From the NCBI GenBank assembly GCA_051362555.1, contig CM120641.1, positions 23,008,401 to 23,072,400 on the forward strand: a stretch of DNA of 64,000 nt, read 5' to 3'. A model generated the notes under the pieces. The model was not told where the DNA came from. It did not search any database and saw nothing but the letters and a program-made list of their open reading frames with translations. The position numbers and the translations under genes were made by a program. This DNA is from Lingula anatina (taxonomy: Eukaryota; Animalia; Brachiopoda). Shown piece after piece: positions 1-9,539 of this stretch (its first letter is position 1; every line of letters starts with the position of its first letter).

Positions 1-98
1 GGGAAACAAGATTAGCACTTGTCGAGTTCTCCGGTGTATCCCAACCTCGGGATGGCAAGTTTTCCTCTAGAGAACCCTCCAATATAACCCAGCCTTGG

Positions 99-116
99 AT
101 TGTCTTAGTTTTTCAC
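99..116 (-). promoter_or_regulatory. Non-tRNA primer-binding-site position GTGAAAAACTAAGACAAT (also 4811-4828 and 9522-9539)
   Basis: Directly abuts the LTR 3' end, lacks the TGG of tRNA PBSs, and is complementary to the spliced LTR junction. Confidence 0.65.
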
Positions 117-177
117 TGTAGCGGACCACGAGTAATTGAAGCAACACCATTGGATAATACTGCCGTTTATTCACGCA

Positions 178-246
178 GTGAACAGAACTGAACAGAATCT
201 GAACAGAAACTGAACAAAAACTGAACAGAAACTGGACAAAACTGGT
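178..246. repeat. Short tandem repeat of about 10 nt (CTGAACAGAA-like, about 6 degenerate copies) in the LTR
   Basis: gtgaacagaa ctgaacagaat ctgaacagaaa ctgaacaaaaa ctgaacagaaa ctggacaaaa; present in all three LTRs. Confidence 0.85.
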
Positions 247-251
247 GAAAA

Positions 252-417
252 CTATAAAAAGAAAAGAAAAAAAAAATTATAATAACAATACAGTGAAATA
301 AAGATAAATAAACTATATATACTAAACAACTTAATTTATGTGATCTTAACAACAAATAATTGATCTTTGCATGTGTGTAAGTTTTTACTATTTATTATTT
401 AATTTTAAAACACTCAC
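252..417 (-). other. Predicted 166-nt GT-AG intron inside the LTR (also at 4964-5129 and 9675-9840)
   Basis: Consensus donor GTGAGT at 417-412, AT-rich interior, and a long pyrimidine tract ending TTTTTATAG at 253-252. Confidence 0.7.
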
Positions 418-937
418 ACTAAGACAATATCCAGACTCGCTTTCTCCGCTAGCAACTGGCTGCTCAGATACGGCCATAGCAATCTGAGCTGGTACTGTAA
501 ATTTATTTGATAACATAAATATACATGTGCGTGTTGGTCATGAAAATGCCACTCCCATACTAACATCAACTTTAATAAACACGATGCTCATAACTTATGT
601 TACTGATTAAACTTAAGTAAACTTATGTAAACTTTTGTAAACTACACAAAATATCTCTATATAAGTGAATTACACTTTATTTAACACAAATTTTACACAA
701 TCTACACGTAATATCGTAACATACCTCCACTCTGCCAGTAAGTATATAAATGACCGCGCAGAGTACATGCAACATCGGCTTTTATACAGTTCATCACATG
801 ACTAGATGAATAGATGTTACTTAATATTGAGCAGTGTTCTAGTGTCTTCTCTAACACAATATAAATAAACATAAGAACAGCGTGGAAAATATAAAATAAA
901 AATGATAACGTATATAATTTCTGCCGTGTCGGCAACA

Positions 938-949
938 CTCCGCATTTTA

Positions 950-992
<43 letters not shown>
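938..992 (-). other. Degenerate PPT (GTAAAATGCGGAG) preceded by a U42 tract (U41 in the second unit, 5663-5703)
   Basis: Lies immediately 5' of the LTR start on the element strand. Confidence 0.6.
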
Positions 993-995
<3 letters not shown>

Positions 996-1062
996 TAACA
1001 TCACATTTGCAATATATATACACTATATGTATGTACACTGAAAGATCATACAATCCACATTT

Positions 1063-4000
1063 TCAAATTGCATTTTTAAACATACAAATATCTGAAGCGT
1101 TGTCATTCCCTTCCAATAAAACAAGTTTTGTGATAGGTCTAGTATACGTGGACGTTTTAGTGCGAATGACTGCACTTCGAATTAAACCATCTCTACCGAC
1201 GTTGGTGCTTTCTACTATGGCCAGAGGCCAAAGTCCACGAGGAATTGATTTGTCTACTTCAAGGACAATGTCACCGACTTTCAAATTCCTCTGAATGCAA
1301 TGCCATTTTGAACGTGCCTGCAGTGTAGGTAAATATTCTCGAGTCCATCTTTTCCAAAATTGAGACACCAGAAATTGGACATGCCTCCACAGCTTTCTGT
1401 AAGTGTCAGCAATATCAAATTTTCCCCATGGATAGGAAGGAATTCCTCTGATTGCTAACAAATGATTTGGTGTGAGCGCATCACAATCATTCATATTCTC
1501 ACTGATTTTAGTAATGGGTCTTCCATTTACTATACACTCACATTCGCACAATACAGTCTGCAAAGACCAATCGGTTAAAGACTTAGCACAGTTTGCCAGC
1601 ACAGCCATCAAAATTTTTCTTATTGTCCGAATCATTCTCTCCCATACACCACCATAATGAGAAGCGTGTGGTGGATTAAAAATCCAATCAATTCCCTTTC
1701 GTCTCATTTCTGACATGATCTTTACTTTGTCTAACTGCCGTAAACATTTGTTCATTTCATTCACCGCCCCTACCAAGTTTGTGCCGTTATCACTGTAAAC
1801 TTTTGTGGGACAACCGCGTCTCGATACGAATCGTATGAAACCGTTGAGAAATGCGCTTGTTTCTAAATTTTCTAACACCTCCAAGTGAATCGCTCTTGTT
1901 TTAAAACACGTGAAAACGCATCCGTAGCGTTTAACTTCTGAGCGACCTACCCTGACTTTGAGAGGTCCAAAAATATCGATTCCAACTACATCAAAGGGGG
2001 GACCTCCTCCAGAACACCTATCACCGGGCAAATCAGCCATTTTTTGAATCATTGGCGACGCATACAAACGCCTACATACAACACACTCTCTTTGTATCTT
2101 TCTCACCAAGTTTCTATCACCCACTATCCAAAATCTTCTTCGTATCACACTTAGAGTCCATTCCGTACCTAAATGTGCACTTTCATGCGCTTCTCGAGCA
2201 ATCAAATTGGAAACAACATGCTTTCTAGGTAAAATCGATGGTTGCTTACACTTCAGTGCAGAATGAATTAGTCTACCACCGACAACTAGTGTGTCATTCT
2301 GAAGGACGGGAGAAAGATCGTGAATTTTACTTGATTTCGAAACTTGGCCTGTTTTGTTTAGAGACTTTAACTCGTGAGAGAAACTGTCTCTTTGTACCGC
2401 CTTGATGATTTCATCTTCCGTGATTTTTAGTTCAGCCGCAGTAATATGCCCTTTGTCTAGCGTCTTTGAGCAAGGGAATTTCTTAAATTTCTTAAGCTTT
2501 GAAACATTGTCTTTGTATGGGTCATACAGGCGTTCATTTGTGAGTTTCCTTTCTAAATTTTGCTGCCCTTTAACGGCCACACACCGATTGTTAGGAAATT
2601 TCGCGCAATTGTCTTTCCACGGGATTGGAAGAACATAATGACCGTCTTTCATGGAAACATTGTTTTCCCATAAACGGAGCACACTTTTGTCTTCATGAGA
2701 CAATTTTGTCCCCTTATCAATACCATCCCAACATCTGCCCTGAATTACATTCACAGACAAATAATTTACAGAGACATGAGGATTGAACGTATCATCTACC
2801 AACCCGTTGATAGTCCACCCTAAACGCGAACGCGCCGCGTATATGCCTGTTGTGCTATTTTCATCAACACGGACTTCTAATGGCATAATCAAATGGGCAT
2901 TATCCATTCCTATGATTATGTCAACTCCCTCTGCAGCAGTGCAGTTACTCAGAGGTATTCCCTTCAAATGCGGGAATGATTCCACATCAATCATGTCATT
3001 TGCTCTCACATTTACGCGAGGAATGACGAAAACATTTGACACGCGGTATTTCACCGACTTATTTTCAATTGGTGACGCGTCAAAAGAAACCACAGGTGAT
3101 CGCGCGCTCCTAGAGCCGTCAATTGTGTTCAAATGATATTCCACGGTGCTTTTAGTGCTGAGCGCTGCAGTGGACACTAAACGCTCCGAAATAAATGATG
3201 AAGTCGACCCACTGTCTAACAACGCTAATGCTTTGTGCACGCCATTTATCATCACTGAAACTATCGGTAGTTTCACGCTTTTGAGCTCGCCCGAATTAAT
3301 ACTGGTGTTCGTAATTTGACTTTGAGATCTGATTCGAGAATCACCGGCACTTTCCGTATGCGCGCGTGGAGGATTTTGCAACCTTGAATTTACATGAATG
3401 AACTTTGAATGTTTTTTACCGCAGCCCGGCACACTACAAACAGCAGGATTTCTGCAGTTACTTGCAAAATGTCCGGCAAACAAACAATTGAAACACAATT
3501 TATTTTGTCTCACAACATTCAAACGTTCTTGCACTCCTTTCTCTTTAAAAGCACTGCACTGAGATAAATGATGTTGACTACCACACAACACACATGGGAA
3601 AATACCATTCTTTTCATTCGTCCTTTGATCAACAGACTGATCACACGGATGACGTACGGGACAGCCATTGATATTCGACCCAATCACGGAGTGTTGGGTA
3701 GAAACAGTAGCAGTTACAAAAGAGTGATTTGACACATTTGCATATACTGACTCACCACCGTACACTGGGTCACTAGCATCTGCAGCAGTTTTTACCATGA
3801 AATCTACAAATTCCTGAAATTTAGGATATCGATCAATTTTGTGTTTGATTTCTAATGCACGCTTTCTCCATCGCTCAACAATCCAACTTTTACACCTACC
3901 CAGAATCTCCAATATGATCTTTTGATTTTCTATCTCACCTTTTAAGTTCAACTTTTCTAATGTTGTACACACAACTTGTAATTCATCAGCTAAACTCTGT

Positions 4001-4677
4001 AAATCTTTCACTTTCATAATCTTTTTACCATTTTTGAGATTTTCAATCAAAGAGCTAGCCACCAAATGATCATTTCCAAAACGGACCTTCAGAATCTGTC
4101 TGGCTTTGGTATAACCCTCCAAGCCCCCAATTAATACGCAATTTTTAATTGCTTCTTTGGCAGAACCAGTTGTAAACTGTATTAATCTGTTTAATTTCAT
4201 CTGAGGGTCTTTCATTTTTGAATCGATCATTTCGTCAAAAACCGTCATAAAATAATGAAAATTTTTGGCGTCTCCTTCAAATTTATCAATTGAGCAATGT
4301 GGGGTGTTTAAAAAAGTAAACAAACTTGCTTCATTGATTAAACTTGTTTCTGATTCATTTGACTTTTGCTTAAGAGAGTTTAAAAAAGTCATACCAAGTT
4401 TGATACCCTTGATTACTTTTTCTTCCACTTCCCGAAACCAATCTTCGCTTGCATCCATCTCTTCCTCGTCCAGATAACTGTGGTATTCATCATGAGCAGC
4501 CTCGAACGAAGAAAACGTCTCTTTCAACTGGTCAACCTTGCTGGCTACCATTTGAGTGTCCTCAGCAGCAACTGCCCTCTCGATGGCACCCAAGCACTTC
4601 GTCACGGCACCTTTTCGCGCCCGTCGTAGTTTTGACAGTCTGTCAATGTCCGGCTTTTCCTCTCCTGAGTCAGTCAT
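1063..4677 (-). CDS. BEL/Pao Gag-protease-integrase polyprotein, RT/RNase H deleted (about 1204 aa from the first ATG)
   Basis: Pao-type Gag (IDKFEGD) with Cys/His knuckles (CVLCGSQHHLSQC, CFNCLFAGHFASNC, CSVPGCGKKH); protease LLDSGS; integrase HHCC (HESAH...CVVC), GIDIFGP, SDNGTN, GVWERMIR; C-terminal LTPNHLL/FWKRW/RPITKL. No YVDD-type RT or DAS-type RNase H motif. The ORF-track start at 4794 is a TTG. Confidence 0.93.
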   Translation of the reverse strand: MTDSGEEKPDIDRLSKLRRARKGAVTKCLGAIERAVAAEDTQMVASKVDQLKETFSSFEAAHDEYHSYLDEEEMDASEDWFREVEEKVIKGIKLGMTFLNSLKQKSNESETSLINEASLFTFLNTPHCSIDKFEGDAKNFHYFMTVFDEMIDSKMKDPQMKLNRLIQFTTGSAKEAIKNCVLIGGLEGYTKARQILKVRFGNDHLVASSLIENLKNGKKIMKVKDLQSLADELQVVCTTLEKLNLKGEIENQKIILEILGRCKSWIVERWRKRALEIKHKIDRYPKFQEFVDFMVKTAADASDPVYGGESVYANVSNHSFVTATVSTQHSVIGSNINGCPVRHPCDQSVDQRTNEKNGIFPCVLCGSQHHLSQCSAFKEKGVQERLNVVRQNKLCFNCLFAGHFASNCRNPAVCSVPGCGKKHSKFIHVNSRLQNPPRAHTESAGDSRIRSQSQITNTSINSGELKSVKLPIVSVMINGVHKALALLDSGSTSSFISERLVSTAALSTKSTVEYHLNTIDGSRSARSPVVSFDASPIENKSVKYRVSNVFVIPRVNVRANDMIDVESFPHLKGIPLSNCTAAEGVDIIIGMDNAHLIMPLEVRVDENSTTGIYAARSRLGWTINGLVDDTFNPHVSVNYLSVNVIQGRCWDGIDKGTKLSHEDKSVLRLWENNVSMKDGHYVLPIPWKDNCAKFPNNRCVAVKGQQNLERKLTNERLYDPYKDNVSKLKKFKKFPCSKTLDKGHITAAELKITEDEIIKAVQRDSFSHELKSLNKTGQVSKSSKIHDLSPVLQNDTLVVGGRLIHSALKCKQPSILPRKHVVSNLIAREAHESAHLGTEWTLSVIRRRFWIVGDRNLVRKIQRECVVCRRLYASPMIQKMADLPGDRCSGGGPPFDVVGIDIFGPLKVRVGRSEVKRYGCVFTCFKTRAIHLEVLENLETSAFLNGFIRFVSRRGCPTKVYSDNGTNLVGAVNEMNKCLRQLDKVKIMSEMRRKGIDWIFNPPHASHYGGVWERMIRTIRKILMAVLANCAKSLTDWSLQTVLCECECIVNGRPITKISENMNDCDALTPNHLLAIRGIPSYPWGKFDIADTYRKLWRHVQFLVSQFWKRWTREYLPTLQARSKWHCIQRNLKVGDIVLEVDKSIPRGLWPLAIVESTNVGRDGLIRSAVIRTKTSTYTRPITKLVLLEGNDNASDICMFKNAI

Positions 4678-4828
4678 GGTCTGGTGTGACGGTGAAACAG
4701 CGTGTACCCTCGGGGAAACAAGATTAGCACTTGTCGAGTTCTCCGGTGTATCCCAACCTCGGGATGGCAAGTTTTCCTCTAGAGAACCCTCCAATATAAC
4801 CCAGCCTTGGATTGTCTTAGTTTTTCAC

Positions 4829-5649
4829 TGTAGCGGACCACGAGTAATTGAAGCAACACCATTGGATAATACTGCCGTTTATTCACGCAGTGAACAGAAC
4901 TGAACAGAATCTGAACAGAAACTGAACAAAAACTGAACAGAAACTGGACAAAACTGGTGAAAACTATAAAAAGAAAAGAAAAAAAAAATTATAATAACAA
5001 TACAGTGAAATAAAGATAAATAAACTATATATACTAAACAACTTAATTTATGTGATCTTAACAACAAATAATTGATCTTTGCATGTGTGTAAGTTTTTAC
5101 TATTTATTATTTAATTTTAAAACACTCACACTAAGACAATATCCAGACTCGCTTTCTCCGCTAGCAACTGGCTGCTCAGATACGGCCATAGCAATCTGAG
5201 CTGGTACTGTAAATTTATTTGATAACATAAATATACATGTGCGTGTTGGTCATGAAAATGCCACTCCCATACTAACATCAACTTTAATAAACACGATGCT
5301 CATAACTTATGTTACTGATTAAACTTAAGTAAACTTATGTAAACTTTTGTAAACTACACAAAATATCTCTATATAAGTGAATTACACTTTATTTAACACA
5401 AATTTTACACAATCTACACGTAATATCGTAACATACCTCCACTCTGCCAGTAAGTATATAAATGACCGCGCAGAGTACATGCAACATCGGCTTTTATACA
5501 GTTCATCACATGACTAGATGAATAGATGTTACTTAATATTGAGCAGTGTTCTAGTGTCTTCTCTAACACAATATAAATAAACATAAGAACAGCGTGGAAA
5601 ATATAAAATAAAAATGATAACGTATATAATTTCTGCCGTGTCGGCAACA
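4829..5649 (-). repeat. LTR copy 2 (shared between units)
   Basis: Matches copy 1 at offset +4712 and has TGT...ACA termini. Confidence 0.85.
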
Positions 5650-5661
5650 CTCCGCATTTTA

Positions 5662-5706
<45 letters not shown>

Positions 5707-5773
5707 TAACATCACATTTGCAATATATATACACTATATGTATGTACACTGAAAGATCATACAATCCACATTT

Positions 5774-8700
5774 TCAAATTGCATTTTTAAACATACAAAT
5801 ATCTGAAGCGTTGTCATTCCCTTCCAATAAAACAAGTTTTGTGATAGGTCTAGTATACGTGGACGTTTTAGTGCGAATGACTGCACTTCGAATTAAACCA
5901 TCTCTACCGACGTTGGTGCTTTCTACTATGGCCAGAGGCCAAAGTCCACGAGGAATTGATTTGTCTACTTCAAGGACAATGTCACCGACTTTCAAATTCC
6001 TCTGAATGCAATGCCATTTTGAACGTGCCTGCAGTGTAGGTAAATATTCTCGAGTCCATCTTTTCCAAAATTGAGACACCAGAAATTGGACATGCCTCCA
6101 CAGCTTTCTGTAAGTGTCAGCAATATCAAATTTTCCCCATGGATAGGAAGGAATTCCTCTGATTGCTAACAAATGATTTGGTGTGAGCGCATCACAATCA
6201 TTCATATTCTCACTGATTTTAGTAATGGGTCTTCCATTTACTATACACTCACATTCGCACAATACAGTCTGCAAAGACCAATCGGTTAAAGACTTAGCAC
6301 AGTTTGCCAGCACAGCCATCAAAATTTTTCTTATTGTCCGAATCATTCTCTCCCATACACCACCATAATGAGAAGCGTGTGGTGGATTAAAAATCCAATC
6401 AATTCCCTTTCGTCTCATTTCTGACATGATCTTTACTTTGTCTAACTGCCGTAAACATTTGTTCATTTCATTCACCGCCCCTACCAAGTTTGTGCCGTTA
6501 TCACTGTAAACTTTTGTGGGACAACCGCGTCTCGATACGAATCGTATGAAACCGTTGAGAAATGCGCTTGTTTCTAAATTTTCTAACACCTCCAAGTGAA
6601 TCGCTCTTGTTTTAAAACACGTGAAAACGCATCCGTAGCGTTTAACTTCTGAGCGACCTACCCTGACTTTGAGAGGTCCAAAAATATCGATTCCAACTAC
6701 ATCAAAGGGGGGACCTCCTCCAGAACACCTATCACCGGGCAAATCAGCCATTTTTTGAATCATTGGCGACGCATACAAACGCCTACATACAACACACTCT
6801 CTTTGTATCTTTCTCACCAAGTTTCTATCACCCACTATCCAAAATCTTCTTCGTATCACACTTAGAGTCCATTCCGTACCTAAATGTGCACTTTCATGCG
6901 CTTCTCGAGCAATCAAATTGGAAACAACATGCTTTCTAGGTAAAATCGATGGTTGCTTACACTTCAGTGCAGAATGAATTAGTCTACCACCGACAACTAG
7001 TGTGTCATTCTGAAGGACGGGAGAAAGATCGTGAATTTTACTTGATTTCGAAACTTGGCCTGTTTTGTTTAGAGACTTTAACTCGTGAGAGAAACTGTCT
7101 CTTTGTACCGCCTTGATGATTTCATCTTCCGTGATTTTTAGTTCAGCCGCAGTAATATGCCCTTTGTCTAGCGTCTTTGAGCAAGGGAATTTCTTAAATT
7201 TCTTAAGCTTTGAAACATTGTCTTTGTATGGGTCATACAGGCGTTCATTTGTGAGTTTCCTTTCTAAATTTTGCTGCCCTTTAACGGCCACACACCGATT
7301 GTTAGGAAATTTCGCGCAATTGTCTTTCCACGGGATTGGAAGAACATAATGACCGTCTTTCATGGAAACATTGTTTTCCCATAAACGGAGCACACTTTTG
7401 TCTTCATGAGACAATTTTGTCCCCTTATCAATACCATCCCAACATCTGCCCTGAATTACATTCACAGACAAATAATTTACAGAGACATGAGGATTGAACG
7501 TATCATCTACCAACCCGTTGATAGTCCACCCTAAACGCGAACGCGCCGCGTATATGCCTGTTGTGCTATTTTCATCAACACGGACTTCTAATGGCATAAT
7601 CAAATGGGCATTATCCATTCCTATGATTATGTCAACTCCCTCTGCAGCAGTGCAGTTACTCAGAGGTATTCCCTTCAAATGCGGGAATGATTCCACATCA
7701 ATCATGTCATTTGCTCTCACATTTACGCGAGGAATGACGAAAACATTTGACACGCGGTATTTCACCGACTTATTTTCAATTGGTGACGCGTCAAAAGAAA
7801 CCACAGGTGATCGCGCGCTCCTAGAGCCGTCAATTGTGTTCAAATGATATTCCACGGTGCTTTTAGTGCTGAGCGCTGCAGTGGACACTAAACGCTCCGA
7901 AATAAATGATGAAGTCGACCCACTGTCTAACAACGCTAATGCTTTGTGCACGCCATTTATCATCACTGAAACTATCGGTAGTTTCACGCTTTTGAGCTCG
8001 CCCGAATTAATACTGGTGTTCGTAATTTGACTTTGAGATCTGATTCGAGAATCACCGGCACTTTCCGTATGCGCGCGTGGAGGATTTTGCAACCTTGAAT
8101 TTACATGAATGAACTTTGAATGTTTTTTACCGCAGCCCGGCACACTACAAACAGCAGGATTTCTGCAGTTACTTGCAAAATGTCCGGCAAACAAACAATT
8201 GAAACACAATTTATTTTGTCTCACAACATTCAAACGTTCTTGCACTCCTTTCTCTTTAAAAGCACTGCACTGAGATAAATGATGTTGACTACCACACAAC
8301 ACACATGGGAAAATACCATTCTTTTCATTCGTCCTTTGATCAACAGACTGATCACACGGATGACGTACGGGACAGCCATTGATATTCGACCCAATCACGG
8401 AGTGTTGGGTAGAAACAGTAGCAGTTACAAAAGAGTGATTTGACACATTTGCATATACTGACTCACCACCGTACACTGGGTCACTAGCATCTGCAGCAGT
8501 TTTTACCATGAAATCTACAAATTCCTGAAATTTAGGATATCGATCAATTTTGTGTTTGATTTCTAATGCACGCTTTCTCCATCGCTCAACAATCCAACTT
8601 TTACACCTACCCAGAATCTCCAATATGATCTTTTGATTTTCTATCTCACCTTTTAAGTTCAACTTTTCTAATGTTGTACACACAACTTGTAATTCATCAG

Positions 8701-9388
8701 CTAAACTCTGTAAATCTTTCACTTTCATAATCTTTTTACCATTTTTGAGATTTTCAATCAAAGAGCTAGCCACCAAATGATCATTTCCAAAACGGACCTT
8801 CAGAATCTGTCTGGCTTTGGTATAACCCTCCAAGCCCCCAATTAATACGCAATTTTTAATTGCTTCTTTGGCAGAACCAGTTGTAAACTGTATTAATCTG
8901 TTTAATTTCATCTGAGGGTCTTTCATTTTTGAATCGATCATTTCGTCAAAAACCGTCATAAAATAATGAAAATTTTTGGCGTCTCCTTCAAATTTATCAA
9001 TTGAGCAATGTGGGGTGTTTAAAAAAGTAAACAAACTTGCTTCATTGATTAAACTTGTTTCTGATTCATTTGACTTTTGCTTAAGAGAGTTTAAAAAAGT
9101 CATACCAAGTTTGATACCCTTGATTACTTTTTCTTCCACTTCCCGAAACCAATCTTCGCTTGCATCCATCTCTTCCTCGTCCAGATAACTGTGGTATTCA
9201 TCATGAGCAGCCTCGAACGAAGAAAACGTCTCTTTCAACTGGTCAACCTTGCTGGCTACCATTTGAGTGTCCTCAGCAGCAACTGCCCTCTCGATGGCAC
9301 CCAAGCACTTCGTCACGGCACCTTTTCGCGCCCGTCGTAGTTTTGACAGTCTGTCAATGTCCGGCTTTTCCTCTCCTGAGTCAGTCAT
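5774..9388 (-). CDS. Second identical copy of the Gag-protease-integrase polyprotein
   Basis: Translation is identical to that of 1063-4677. Confidence 0.93.
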   Translation of the reverse strand: MTDSGEEKPDIDRLSKLRRARKGAVTKCLGAIERAVAAEDTQMVASKVDQLKETFSSFEAAHDEYHSYLDEEEMDASEDWFREVEEKVIKGIKLGMTFLNSLKQKSNESETSLINEASLFTFLNTPHCSIDKFEGDAKNFHYFMTVFDEMIDSKMKDPQMKLNRLIQFTTGSAKEAIKNCVLIGGLEGYTKARQILKVRFGNDHLVASSLIENLKNGKKIMKVKDLQSLADELQVVCTTLEKLNLKGEIENQKIILEILGRCKSWIVERWRKRALEIKHKIDRYPKFQEFVDFMVKTAADASDPVYGGESVYANVSNHSFVTATVSTQHSVIGSNINGCPVRHPCDQSVDQRTNEKNGIFPCVLCGSQHHLSQCSAFKEKGVQERLNVVRQNKLCFNCLFAGHFASNCRNPAVCSVPGCGKKHSKFIHVNSRLQNPPRAHTESAGDSRIRSQSQITNTSINSGELKSVKLPIVSVMINGVHKALALLDSGSTSSFISERLVSTAALSTKSTVEYHLNTIDGSRSARSPVVSFDASPIENKSVKYRVSNVFVIPRVNVRANDMIDVESFPHLKGIPLSNCTAAEGVDIIIGMDNAHLIMPLEVRVDENSTTGIYAARSRLGWTINGLVDDTFNPHVSVNYLSVNVIQGRCWDGIDKGTKLSHEDKSVLRLWENNVSMKDGHYVLPIPWKDNCAKFPNNRCVAVKGQQNLERKLTNERLYDPYKDNVSKLKKFKKFPCSKTLDKGHITAAELKITEDEIIKAVQRDSFSHELKSLNKTGQVSKSSKIHDLSPVLQNDTLVVGGRLIHSALKCKQPSILPRKHVVSNLIAREAHESAHLGTEWTLSVIRRRFWIVGDRNLVRKIQRECVVCRRLYASPMIQKMADLPGDRCSGGGPPFDVVGIDIFGPLKVRVGRSEVKRYGCVFTCFKTRAIHLEVLENLETSAFLNGFIRFVSRRGCPTKVYSDNGTNLVGAVNEMNKCLRQLDKVKIMSEMRRKGIDWIFNPPHASHYGGVWERMIRTIRKILMAVLANCAKSLTDWSLQTVLCECECIVNGRPITKISENMNDCDALTPNHLLAIRGIPSYPWGKFDIADTYRKLWRHVQFLVSQFWKRWTREYLPTLQARSKWHCIQRNLKVGDIVLEVDKSIPRGLWPLAIVESTNVGRDGLIRSAVIRTKTSTYTRPITKLVLLEGNDNASDICMFKNAI

Positions 9389-9539
9389 GGTCTGGTGTGA
9401 CGGTGAAACAGCGTGTACCCTCGGGGAAACAAGATTAGCACTTGTCGAGTTCTCCGGTGTATCCCAACCTCGGGATGGCAAGTTTTCCTCTAGAGAACCC
9501 TCCAATATAACCCAGCCTTGGATTGTCTTAGTTTTTCAC

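Larger units (their letters stand above)
117..937 (-). repeat. LTR copy 1 (821 bp, TGTTG...CTACA)
   Basis: The 5' end is fixed by divergence from the flank at the 10360 copy. The 3' end is inferred from the ACA terminus about 50 nt after AATAAA (166-171) and from the complementary 18-mer that begins exactly there. Confidence 0.85.

Noticed and set aside
178-246. CRISPR-like appearance of the short LTR repeats
   Set aside because: No unique spacers, a 10-nt unit, and eukaryotic context.
495-510. Alternative LTR 3' end at AATAAATTTACA
   Set aside because: No PBS-like sequence follows. The downstream AATAAA plus ACA at 117 fits better and coincides with the 18-nt complement boundary.
702-1294. 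Short ORFs with poly-Phe or poly-Lys, and other antisense ORFs over the retroelement
   Set aside because: Artefacts of the A-tract and shadow frames of the real ORF.
4678-4794. 39-codon N-terminal extension of the retroelement ORF in the ORF track
   Set aside because: It starts at TTG; the first ATG is at 4677 (9388 in the second unit). The frame is open, so non-AUG or spliced use is not excluded.
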